Assembly (NCBI RefSeq): GCF_009834535.1
Contig: NC_045697.1
Location: 100,628,001-100,692,000 of the forward strand
Direction of reading: 5' to 3'
Length of the DNA stretch: 64,000 nucleotides
From: Camelus ferus
Taxonomy: Eukaryota
In this document: positions 28,300 through 40,759 of the stretch, one piece after another
How the letters are laid out: each line of letters begins with the position of its first letter
Position numbering within the stretch: the first letter of the stretch is position 1
Program-made: the position numbers and the translations under genes
The notes under the pieces: model-generated
The model's database searches: none
What the model saw: only the letters and a program-made list of their open reading frames with translations
What the model was told of the DNA's origin: nothing

Positions 28300-28905
28300 T
28301 ATATATTAATTTTCTATGCTGTGTAACAAATCATTACAAACTTAGTGGCTTAAAATAACACCCATTAATTGTATCACAGTTATATAGATCATAAGTCCAT
28401 ACAAGCTTGACTGGGTGCTTTACTTAGGGTCTCACAATGTGGAAATTAAGGTATTTGCCAAACTGAGCTCTTGTGCAGAGGCTCTGGGGAAAAAAAAATC
28501 CATTGCCAAGTTCATTCAGGTTGTTGGCGGAATTCAGTTTCTTGTGGTTGTAGGAGTGAGGTCCTTGTTTCCTTGCTGGTGTCAGCAAGGGCTACACACC
28601 ACTTCTAGAAGCTACCAGGTTCCTTCTTACATGGCTCCCTTAATCCTGAGACCAGTCAAGGCACCTGTAATCCTTCTCGTGACTGGAGTCTCTCTGGCTT
28701 TCTTTTGCCAAAGTTCTTTGCTTTTAAGGGCTCATGTGATTAGATCAGTCATCCTCACGCCCCCCCCCCCCCCCACCGCCAGATAGTCTCCCCGTTAGGG
28801 TCAACTGTGCTGTATAACATCATATATCCACAGGGGTGATAGCTTATCATACGTCCATTTAAGGTGGGAATTTGGGGGATGAGGTGTATAATTCTGCTTG
28901 CTACA
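28300..28905 (-). mobile_element. MaLR LTR (MLT1F/G-like)
   Basis: gctgtgtaacaaatcattacaaacttagtggcttaaaataacac..ttcaggttgttggcggaattcagttt..ttttaagggctcatgtgattag. Confidence 0.75.
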
Positions 28906-29552
28906 CCCTATTACTCAAAATAGGAATTGACTGAGTTGGATCTCCAGCCTCGTTTGGTCGAACTACAGAACTTTGTCCTTAGACCATGTTCATCAGGGGG
29001 CTTGATTTTATCCACGGGCATTTCGGAAGCCGGCCTTGTTACTGTGTAGGCAGACTCTGTTGGTACCATATACTGCTGTGAAAAGTACTGCCTTAGAAGG
29101 TCCAACACAGACTTTACATGCACACTGGTCCTGTGAAATAGAAGACCCAGACGGTCAAGAGTCACATGAGTTAGGTTTTGTCATGCTCTGCATCTGTCTG
29201 CGATTTGCACTTAGTTTAGTTTAGTCTGCCCTATTTGACTTCAGGCTTTGGTTTCTACTTGTACCCCGTCTACCTTCTGCTTATCTTTTGAACACACTTT
29301 AAAGACTTGGTTAACTCAGAGTCACGCCCATTTCAGTTTCTTGCAGAAATTTGAGTGCAATCATAGTTTTTCTCCTTTATTCGTATTTTTTTCAGAGGTG
29401 ATTGAGTGACAGTAATTCCTATAGCGATGTGCTAAGGGAACTGCAAAAAAGTATAAAGTCAATCAAGAAAAATCCCATTCTTAGCATACAAAGCTACCAT
29501 TAGCTAGATCTAACCACATGATTTTTTTAGGAAGTGGGATATTTGATCCAAT

Positions 29553-29553
<1 letters not shown>

Positions 29554-29587
<34 letters not shown>
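29554..29587. repeat. (CA)17 microsatellite
   Basis: Directly visible. Confidence 0.97.
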
Positions 29588-29589
<2 letters not shown>

Positions 29590-32500
29590 TCAGATAAGTG
29601 TTACTTTGATGATTTAAAATAACATAATCAAATATATGGTATATACTCCTTAGGCTGTTGAGTGTAACTTTTTCCAGGAGAACCATTAATTTCTTTGTTG
29701 ACAGCTTTCGAATCTTCCTTTTTTCTCCATCAAGACAATGAATGAATCTGGGTTTTTTTCCCCCATGATTTACTAGGTCAGGCAGAGCGTCACAGACTAT
29801 AACGAGCTCAGTTCTATTAAGAACAGTCTAGTTTATGGGTGAAACAAAGTCCAATCCTAGTTCACTCAATAGTTAAGTAATTTCAGACAATTTATTAGCC
29901 ATCTGTGAACCTCACTGCCCCTAACTGTAAAATGAGCAGATTTTTTTTCTAAACATGTTTGTGGTGTACTTTTGTCAGTTTCCAAGTCGCTAGAGATATT
30001 TAATTTATTTTGATTTGACTACTTAGAAATTTGTTTGTTGGATCTCAAAAAGATGAAAAAAAATGTGTAGATGAATGTGTGTGACTATAGTAAAACTGAT
30101 TGGAATGTGCATGGGATTTGTCATACTTAAGTTATAGGATTGTTTTTCTTTCTTCACACAGTGAAACTCTTGGGTTCCAATTTTTTGCACACTCTGCTCT
30201 TCTCAAGTGTTTTTCTTTCCTTTTCTTGTTGCTTTTTCTCTCACTTCACCAGAAGTATCTTTTATTTTGATTGTTATTTGGGCACAATCTAGCCATGATT
30301 TGATAAGACATGAATATTTCTGTTATTCAGGCTAAATTACCAAAATATGAAAACACAGGCATCATGATAGTAGACTACGGCCAAAGTGTTTATTACACAT
30401 TGTCTTAGCAAAGTTGTTTTTGCCTTTCTTTGTGAAATATATGAAACACTAGTGTTGTCATTCTGATGGGTTCTCCCCCAAATTGATGGCCCAGTGTGAC
30501 AAGTCAAAGCATCCAAATGATGTTTTAAACTGTTCAAGAAAATTAAATGAGCAGTTCAATTAGAAATAGGGTCTGAGCTATAACTTCTCTCCCTAGAAGG
30601 GAGGATATTATGGGCAACCTGCACTTGGGAAATGATTTTCCTGGTAATAAAGTTTGGAAAATAGCAACCAAAATAGAACAAAACTATTCACGCTGTTGTT
30701 CAGGAGGGAAGGAACAAAAAGAATTTTCACTGTGCAGGAACCTCTTCTACTATATGTTTGCAGTGATGCCCTAGTGCAAGGGGAAGCAGCTGTTTATCTG
30801 TTTTTCTTTTGATTTTATTTTCTTTTTACACTGCCATTCTGTCAGCGCATGGCTTCATAAAGCTGTTGGATTCTGATAGGGAAACTACCAAGTCCATGTG
30901 CTTTGGAAGCCAATGTGCTGATTTTCTGTCTGGATAGCAATATTTTATTATAGCTGGAGGGAGTGTGTGACTGTGAGGGTTAGAGGCGGAAGTCTAATGC
31001 CTCCTATACCATGTCCAGAAGTGAGCTGTCTTCCTGTGTTTTATTGCTTCATTCTACTGAATGAATATTGTATGATTGCTTTTTGTTGTTGTTGTTGTTG
31101 TTGTTTGAGTATCAGAGACCTGTCAGATGGTTCTGTTTCTGTCGAACTCTTGACGGGAAGTTTTGTTGCAAACCTTCCTGCATGGAGATGGCTTTATGTC
31201 TTGGCTATAAAGGAAAGTCCCATAAAATTTGATCAGAAATTGTGTTTATGAGTTGCTGCCCTGTGTGATGTTAAAAAGCTGAGAACCTGAGAGTTCGTTT
31301 TAGCTCAGAGCTGTGTTTGCCGAGTGTACTTGGACGCATCCTTCATGTTACCACTTTCCTCCCACAGAACTTCTCTCCCGCCAGCCTTTCTTCTGGGGCT
31401 CAATAGTCTGGTTCAGCCCACCCTTGCTGTACATTAGAACGGGCTCTTGGGTGTTTTTCTTGGATATTAGCATTGTCAAGGATCAAGCATCATTTATGTT
31501 CAGTAATTCACCTCTTTTATTACTCTTGGCATCGCTCCTAAGAAGTGCTTCATGCTGGGGAATCCTCAATGAATATTAATTGAACATTCTGGGGAGTCTT
31601 TTTTATTGAAACGAGCATACTTTAATGCCACTTCTTCCTTATTAAAACTTCTTGTTCTCCACTAACATTTTTGTGGTCATGTCACCCTGGCTTTGTACCC
31701 TTACTGGCTAACGCCTCTGATATTCAGCTCGCTCAGGGCACACCTACATTCTCCCTGTAATTCTGTGCCTGCAAGTGGTCCTGTTTTACCTTAATTAAAC
31801 AGAGCCTGAGAAAGTGCCTGTCCTCCATCATTGTACATGTTCCTTCTTTCCCCAAAACACCTTTTGATTCTTGATCTAAACTCTTAAAAGAGCTGCACCG
31901 TGAAACACTATTTCTTTCCTTCCTTTTATTTTTTCTTATGAGTTGGCATGTCTAATTAACCTAAATAAAAAGGTGGAGAAGACATTTTTTTAAAGGGTAA
32001 TAGAAGTCATAATAATCTTTTGCTTTGCCCAGAAACGGGTTGCCCAGCATCAAAAGGGAGCCTAACTACACAGCTATTTTTTCACGTTTTCCTTTAAAGA
32101 AACAAATAGAAGGGTAGGTGGCAGTCCAGATGGGCTGTTTCCTTGTGCCTTGATGGCCCAGGGAATCCCAGATGTTGACGTGCTTAACTGGGAAGAGAAC
32201 TTTCTTTCCTCTTTTCTGCTCATGATGCTTATTTGATGTAAATATTCAGTTCCAGCACAGTAATGGGTACCCAAAAGAATCAAAGTGAAATCGTAGGATT
32301 CTTGACATGTATTTCATTTTGGTATCATTTATATTTTATATATTTCTATTGGAAGCTAAAAAACCATTGCTTTCCTAAGGCAGTTACTCTTCATGGCCTT
32401 TCACCCTCTAATAGGACCTTCTTTCTTTTCCTATAATAACCCGCGGACTCTTCAGGGGCTCGGGTGAAATCATTGACTGCCTGAGAAGAGACGTCAGCGC

Positions 32501-35500
32501 AGAGGGCCTATTCTCCCCGCTGGGTGTGCACGACGCCCAGGCGTTAGCTGACCCGCTGTGTTGTTTCTGAGGCCAAGAATCGTTATTTTCTTTTGGCGTC
32601 ATACAGATTGTGTATTTTAACTTAATTCACAAATTTGTAGTTCGTGTTGAAGTAATTTCTGCCAAGGAGTGATTTTTCTAGACAATTTTTTTCAATTTTT
32701 TTTTCAAGTGTCAACATTAGATAACAGTTGAACAAGTAGAGTCCACTACAGGGATTATTAATGTACGACTTTGTTCTTTCATTGTACTTTTCTTCCTTCA
32801 GAAACAGTTTTTGGTGAACTGAGAGTTTTTTCTGAACATTGATTAATACTAACAACAAAGACAAGTTTAACTATTATCTTTCTTTATAAGCAACTAACAC
32901 AGTGATATCAAATACCTCGCTTTGTTCTCCTTAACAATTCCTTCCTCTTCTTAAAATCAGATCCATATTTGTTGAAAGAAAATGTGAACAAGCAGGAAAA
33001 CTTTACTTAATGATGACTCACCTTGAATTTTCTGTCAAGTCCAACCTTGGAATATATTGATAATTGAAATCCACAAAAAAATTAATTTTATCTAGTTATA
33101 AATTTTTCCCCATCAAACTTTTGACCAAAACTATTTAAGGTATAAGGTGCTAGCTAGAATTTTCTACCACAGCGTCAGTGCTATTTACCTTGTCTACACC
33201 ATGCGTCTGTAACATATATCACACTGAAAAATATATAAAGCTCTGTAAGAGTGTAGATTGTATCACATCCTGAAGAATGACAGAGATGCATGTGTGTGCA
33301 CACAGCACTCGCACACGCGCACGCGCACACACACACACACGCCATGGAAAGCCAACATTAGAAAGCTGCCGGGACAGTTAGGGAGTGCTAAGAGACACTG
33401 TGATGTCTTAGAAACAATGTGGGAACCTGGCACAAGTTATTTAATAACTTCTGGCTCACTTTTATCTGATCTATATATTAGGACAACATTCTTGAGTTTA
33501 TTTTCACATTCAGTCACTGGAATAATAGTTGTTTGCCGGTGAAGAAGGTGATGCTGAAGAGAAGAATAAGAGTAAGGCTTTAGGCTTGGTGAGGGGACAG
33601 AATTTCTGGGGGAAAAAAGCATTGCTCACTTTTCAGTTTTATTAATAGAATTCTAAAGGGGGCTAGAACCCCAATATGCTGTGAATGGATCTGGAGGGAG
33701 ACTGAATAAAGGCCAGCTTTAGCAGGCCAGTCAAAATACAGAAACGCTATGAATACTAGCTAAAGCAAGTTATATATATGGACTTAGGGAAGCCACAGTA
33801 ACAAAGAAGGCCACAACCCAGGTGGAACCGCCTATTGGGAGTGCTGGGGAGGCTGGGAAATGTTATGCTGGGATCTCAACTAATTATGACCTAGTCAGAT
33901 ACTTACCCATCTAATGGTGAACATGTGGGTTCAGCATGCAGTCAACTACAAATTCTCACTCCTGAATAATCAACAGTGTCTCTTTTCCTATAAAAAGTAT
34001 GACTGCTGATGACCGGGAGACAAAAACTTATTTATGAAAGTAGAAAGACTGTCTATCAGCTTAGGGCACTAGTTTGCCTAATAGGTAAACAACTTGTCTG
34101 AGTGTTATACTGGATGATATTAAAAAAATGGTGTGTGATTTTTTTTTTCCTCTTCAAGTGTGGATTGAATTGCTGACTAATTCCTATAAATTGTTAAATA
34201 ACATCACTATCTAAGAATCTAAAGTTGTATCCCATTGCCCAGAAAATTATATCTGATTCCTCACCTTAACTTTGAAGGTCACATGCAATCCTGCTCCAAC
34301 CCATCTATGCAGATGTATTTCCTCTGACTTCCTTTGTTACTTTCCCATTGGTGGCTCGTCTCAAGTTTTGTCGTAGTCGGATGGTATGATTTATGCTGGG
34401 TCTATATTAGCTGGAATATCTTCCTTCTTCCAACTCAAATTATATTGACTCTTCAATACTAACCTCAGTTGCCACCCCATCCAAAAGCCTTCTCCATTTA
34501 CAACAGCCTTTATCCAGTCTTCTTTATTATGCATATATTCATGTATTCACAATCACAACACGAATATTTATTGAGTGCTATCTATGTTACAAGTACTGTC
34601 CTCTCCTTAACATGAATTTTTATTGCATGTATAGTCATATCCAAGTAGTTATACTGAGTTTGTAGTTTAATGTTTATTTTACTTACACTGTAAAACTAAC
34701 CCACAATGGCAATAATTATGTCTTTTTTAAAAAGGGAAATTATGAAATAGCATGAGACATAACCAGGCAGGGAGTTGCAAGTCTGGTTCTGTGTCTCCTG
34801 TTGGCTGCTCCTCCATTCTTGGGTAATTCAAATCAGGGGACATTTATTAAGCTTCTATCCTGTTGATTACAATATTAGGTGCTATAGAAGATACACAGAT
34901 AAATGTGTTTTATTCATGTGTTATGGGAATGCATTAAAAAACATCATTTTATGGCACCAACAATTTAGAAGAAAGGGGTTCTGAGACCTCTACAGGATTT
35001 AATGCTTTTGCTTCAAATGATTTTTATCTACATTTTTGGATATGTGCTTATGGGCATTTTTCTGAGGAGGGAGTACATAGCTTTTAGATGTTAAATGTGT
35101 CACTGATCACTAAAAAAAGGAGGGGGAAAGTGCTCAATTTGTATAAAACAAATACCCAACTAAAGAAAAAGAACTGAAGAAGAGCAGCAATGTTCTGAGC
35201 TGGGTTTAGACAAAGGGAAAATGATATCCAACTGTGGTCATTTCAGGAAAGGCTTCTGGAAAGAGATGGCTCTTGGTTAATATGCCAGTATCTTTTCGCT
35301 TCAGCTTCCTCGTGGAAACAGGAGTAGATTATAGGATCTCTGTTATTCTTTCCACTTATAAAATTTGGTTCTTCTCAATTTGATCACCAAATACCTATCA
35401 AAATGCCAGTCACATCATAGGTACTCAGAAAGCATCCATTAATTAGCCTTGAAATGAAACTTTTAAAATTTTGCTGTCCCCAGTATATCCACTATCTTGA

Positions 35501-36081
35501 ACTAAAGTAATAGAATATTTTAGCACTAGCTTTCCTATGTTCCACGAATGAAGGAAAGATTTATCAGATGTTCACATATCATTATTCACACTCTTCCACT
35601 TGGCAGATCAGAATGTTTAATTCATTATTTCTACTTTATTTATTCATAGTGATTTTTAATACCTTTGTATTTTTGTTATACTTTCTATTAAAGCAACTTG
35701 AGTCTCCCCGTGAGTCTTTATGCTCGGGGCTAGGAGCTGTCTCAAATCTGCCTGCTGTTAACCAGTACCTCGCACATTCCCTTAACTAAGAGGGGACTTG
35801 GTTAAATGTTGAATGAGAAATGAGAGGATGCATGTCAAAGTGCATCAAAACGATCTTTAAATTGCCTATTTCAGAACAGCATGGGGTTTAAAGAGCATTG
35901 GCTCAAGAAGTGAGATGGCAGGTTCAAACCTTGACACTGCCTTGTCTCCCATGAGTCACTGAAGGCCAGTTCCTCAAAGTCTTTGTCCTCAACTTCCTCA
36001 TCTGCAAAGTGTGGTAATGTCAGTGTCTACCTCATAAATTTATCTGATTAAGTGCTTGGACGAGTATTAGCACATTAGAAA

Positions 36082-36500
36082 TGGGGGAATCCAGGTTTAT
36101 GGGGCCTCAAGATTTTATAGCGTCTGGGACCCTCTTTAAGCAAAAGAATACCAAATTATAAGTACAAAATCAATTAGAACTTTTTGGCAGATATTTACTT
36201 AGAGTGGGAAAAGAAATCACAAATTACAAATACCAAAAAACTGAAAAATACCACAAGCATCATCACAAAGCATTATCATCATAATTAAACTTCCTGGCTC
36301 ATCTTTATATACATTTATTTCCAAAAATGCAAATTTTTGTCTGCACACACTCAGATTTCCTCTTTGCTATGAGAATGATTTTTTAATACTTTCTATAGAG
36401 AGACTAGGAAGAGAAGTTACTCTTTCCTCTAGCAAAACAGATTGAAATTTGTTTTTCACTACTGATGGTTTAGGTAGTATTCATTTACCTTCAGAACACG
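36082..36500 (+). mobile_element. hAT-Tip100 (Zaphod/MER115-like) DNA transposon remnant
   Basis: ggggaatccaggtttatggggcct..ccctctttaagcaaaagaataccaaatt resembles the recalled Zaphod 5' end; the right boundary is uncertain. Confidence 0.6.
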
Positions 36501-37469
36501 TAACCGGAAGTACCCCCATTTTTAACTTCCTCCAGGGCTGCGTGCTCAGGCAGTCCCTCTTGTTTGGAGGGGAGCCTCAGAAAGTCCAACGTTTGGGTTT
36601 CACTTGGCACGATCTCAGATGGGCCAGTGCCTTCACAGTGTGTCCAGCCTGTCCAGGTCCTCTCTGCTCCCTGCTGACTCCCCATCCCCACCCTTGTGAG
36701 AAGAGGGAAAATGCACATCAACACGTGTCTAAATAAAGCATCTGTGTAAAGTAGCAGAGAGCCTGGGGACACAGTGGCCCTGAGGCATCAAGACATCAGG
36801 CTTGGTGTCACATTCTTAGAACCACAGATGAGGTCCAGATTCTCTGTGAGGTCTCCTGGGGTTAGATTGTCATTGGAGTCCAGATAGATTGAGGGGAGCG
36901 TTGGCAGCCTGCCTGCCAGCAGCATCTGCTGAAAACCTGGGGTGACAGCTAGGAGGTAGAACTGACCACCAGGCTGGGGTCACCCCCCATGCCCCTACTA
37001 CAGGGCTGGGCTGCTGCTTCCTCACTATGGGCAATGTGAGTTAGGGGCAGAGCAGAAGCTCCACCGATTCCATGGTAAACCTACCTCATTCTCAGTGCTC
37101 CATAAATTTGCTCCTAATCTTTAGTCTCTACTCTTTCACTGCCAAATAATTTTTCAAAAAATCCCTAGGAGTTTTGCAGTGAATGTCTTTTTTGATCTTA
37201 TATAAATTTTTTTTTTTTAATTTTCAGGAGTAATTTTCTTTCTCTGCTTTGTGCTAATAAATAGGGTAGGATTCCAGGTGACCTAAACGTTTACTAAAAT
37301 GGATTTTGAAGTGGGCTGTTCCTTGGAATATTTATGTTTAATATTTCATGATCATATTAAGATCAAATCATATTGAGGTAAAAATGCCATATTTCCTTCA
37401 TTCTTAAATATCGTTTGCAGTGGATACCATGTATGGCCTTATTCTCCTTCAGGAATGAAGAATTTGCTA

Positions 37470-37810
37470 TTTTGACTGCTGGGAGTGCTCCCTGCTAGTC
37501 TTCATTGGACAGTCGACTCTGGGAGACACTCTCTTGCCCAAGGTCATGCCCACTCTCCAGGGACATGTGCCTCTGTCTGGTGTTCTTTGCAAGGAGGGAA
37601 GTGTTACAAAGGCACTCTTTTCTCCAGCTTGGACAACTCCAGAGGGCCATCCTAGCTTCAGAGCTCCATGGAGCGCAGATAGTGCCTGCATAACGAATGG
37701 CCTCATTTTCCTTCCCTTCCCCCAAAGGGAGTGATGCTGAAGACATTGTCCAATAGACATACCACACATAAATCCGTCTCAGAGTCTCCTTCCCAGAGAA
37801 CTTGCCCTGA
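37470..37810. mobile_element. MaLR LTR (MLT1I/J-like)
   Basis: ggacaactccagagggcc..gagctccatgg..aaatccgtctcagagtctccttcccagagaac; reverse-related to 9801-10150. Confidence 0.6.
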
Positions 37811-38159
37811 AACGCCATCCTTTTCTTTAAGAAGCACAGTCTTTTTTCTAACAGCTTTCAGGAGATGAGAACAGAGATCTTTGATAAGATGTGACCCTTT
37901 TTCAGAAATGTTCAAATTGCCAGAATGTGCTTCCTGCATTCAAGGATGTGTGCTAAGTCCACGAGAGGGCTGTAATTGCTTGCTGTGTGATTGTGTTAGT
38001 GGTGACCAATAACCCGAAGCAATTAGAAGCCTTTCACTGAAGCCATTATTGGAAGAAAGGTTAAAGATTGTTATTCTTCCCTTTTCTTACTGAAGTTTTC
38101 TCTTACTTGCTTCTGATCTCTTCTGAACGCATGGTTTTAAGCCAATGTGTTATATTTTT

Positions 38160-39990
38160 AGCTCTGCCATGTCTTGAGTTTCTAATTTCCATACTCATCT
38201 GTCTGCTAGACCATTTTCTTTGATATCCCACCAGCCTCCCAAACTTAACATGTCCAACACTGGGTGAGTCACTGCCCCCTCATACCAGCCCCATCTTGTG
38301 TCCAGTCTCGATTAGTGGCCCCTCTACCCTGACATTCCAAACCATAAAGCCTGTGAGACATTCTAGCTAGACTCTTCTTCCTGCCTTGCTTTAGATACCC
38401 AGACCACCACCAAGACCTGCCCATTTTGCAGGGAAATATTACTCCAATAAGTAACGCTATTACCACTTTTCAGTTCCTACTACTACTTCTTCAGTATAGG
38501 CCCTTATGTGAATTACCTACTGTAATACTATTTGACTCATTTTCTTATCTTCAGTCTTGTTTCCTTTAAATATATTCTCTGCAGAGTGGTCTAGATGATC
38601 TAAATTAAATGAGAATTTGATTGTGCCATTGCACCCATGAATACAGGGGACAGTAAGTTCTCCTGTCAATCAAGGCTGTCCATGACTTAACCCATTTGTC
38701 ATTGACCATACCATGGTGACTCACTTTCTCCAGCTTGATGTGCTGGTAAAATTGAAGTGCTTGGCATTTACCCAAATGCGTCACGGTGTTTCATGCCTCT
38801 GTGCCTCTCCCCATTATTTTCCCTCTACCTGGAAAGCCCTTTTCTCCTTTCGTAGGTTGGCTGACTTTAATCATTCTCTAAGGTAATCTATTTTTGTCAT
38901 CTCCTCAAGGATGCTTTCTCTACCTACACATCTGTGGTACCCAAACTGGTTTAGCATTTACAATATTATAATGAAAGTATGTGGGTTCTGCTCGTCATGG
39001 ATTTTGTCCAGCAAAAGTCCCACCGCAGAAGAACGAAATTACTCAAGACTTTATCAGGTCACGAGAGTGAGAGGGAGCTGGAGACTGACTACCCAAGCTC
39101 CTGAAAAGCTCTTGTATTTATTGAGAATAGTCAAACAAAGAGTCAAAAGTGAAATACGTCAGGGGCATGATATACATGCAAGGATACAGGTCAGCAGTTT
39201 CAGTTTGTGAAAAACAGAAACATTATAATCTTAATTTAAATTTAGAGAGAAGGTTACAATATTGATAGTACAAACAATTATTTTAAGCCTCAAACAGTCG
39301 TGAGCAAGGTTACAGTGTTCAGAATAGTTGATAATGAAAACCCAGACCACCACAGAGTCTCCATACAATGATCAGAAATCGTCTAAGCACGCGAAGCAGC
39401 CCCGCTGTTCCCGGCTGAGGGCTGAGTCAGTCTTCTGTGAGCAAGGGCAGCCTGCACTGTCCATCTGCGCCTGATGAGTGAAGCATGTCCTGCAGGTTAG
39501 GGCAAGGGACGAGTTACTGTTTTCCATAAGCACAAGCAGCCCTGAATCTATGACCTCGAACTAAGCAAAGCCAGCAAAGCATGTCTCTGCTTTTTATGGC
39601 AAAGAGGCAGTTTGTAGCAGTTTTCTGCTAGCAAAGCAGCTTCAAGGCAACTAAGCTGAGTTCCGTAGATAAGGTGGTGACTGGCACTGAAAGTTCAGTC
39701 TTTTATGCTCTTAGACTTTTTGCTTTGTAGTAGCAGTACAACGACAAATATAGAAAGCATTGGTTTTAATTAAACATTTCTTATGTGTTTGCATAAAGGT
39801 GAGAATACATAAAGGTGAGAATATGATTTAGTAAAGCAATTATTACAGTATCAAAGTTTGTTAAGCCAAGTCTGTGCTCCCACAAAGGTATGTGTGCATT
39901 TCTGTAGTCTCTTCAAGGACACGTGCTGTGCTTATTCATCTTTGTAACCCTAATGCCAGGCACACGGAGGATGCTCAGTAAACGGTGGGA
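38160..39990 (+). mobile_element. L2 LINE remnant split by the LTR at 38980-39884
   Basis: cccaaacttaacatgtcca..gcctctgtgcct..cctggaaagccct; the L2 3' end (cttattcatctttgta..tgctcagtaaa) resumes after the LTR. Confidence 0.65.
38980..39884 (-). mobile_element. Solo ERV LTR (905 bp), class II/betaretrovirus-like
   Basis: Terminal inverted repeats TGTGGG...CCCACA; 6-bp flanks AAAGTA/AAGGTA (1 mismatch); minus-strand AATAAA at 39117-22, about 140 nt from the LTR 3' end. Confidence 0.75.
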
Positions 39991-40759
39991 AACAGAACTA
40001 GATGGTGAAGACAATGGGTCTCTGGTTCCCTTTGTATTTATTGTCACTTTGTTAGTAAGGTCTTTCTAGTCCATCTTTGTAAAATAGAGGTGCGTTTCAC
40101 ACATACTGTATTTATTGTTCTCTACAGTAATGGAGTTCACTGTCAGTCATACTTTGTAATTGCTCCTTTAGTTGTTTCCTGCCTTCTTGGTTTTTGCTTG
40201 TTTGTTTGTTCAGTGCTGTGTCTTTAGAAGAAGAATGATTGACACAAAGTAGGGGCTCAATAACTATTTGATGAATGTGTTAGTGAATGAAAGAACCAGG
40301 ACTAAACTCCAGTTATGTTCCTTATCGTGTGTCATGTTGGGCAAATGACTTAACTTCTCTGAGTTTTACTTTCTTCATTTGTGAAATGAGGCTGATGATA
40401 ATGATGCCTGCCATACGTTTCTCAAAGGCTGTTGGTGAGATACCAATGTAATAGGTGATGTTTTGAGTCTTTACTATTCCCCATGCACAATATAAAATTT
40501 AATCTTCACAATAATAATAGGAGGTATGTTCTATGATCATCTCCATTTTGCTGATTTGGGGGGTAAAAAAGAATTTAGGTCTTGCAGCATCTTGAAGTCA
40601 CCTAGAGAGTAAATGAGAGCTAGGATTAGGACCCATCTAGTTGTGAGCGCATCAGTGATTAACTTGCAACCCTGGGCGTGTGTCTCCTCATTCTGTGCCT
40701 CTACTTAGTGAAAATAACCCCAGGTAGGAATCTTGCAGGTTTGTTTTGGACAGTCTTTA

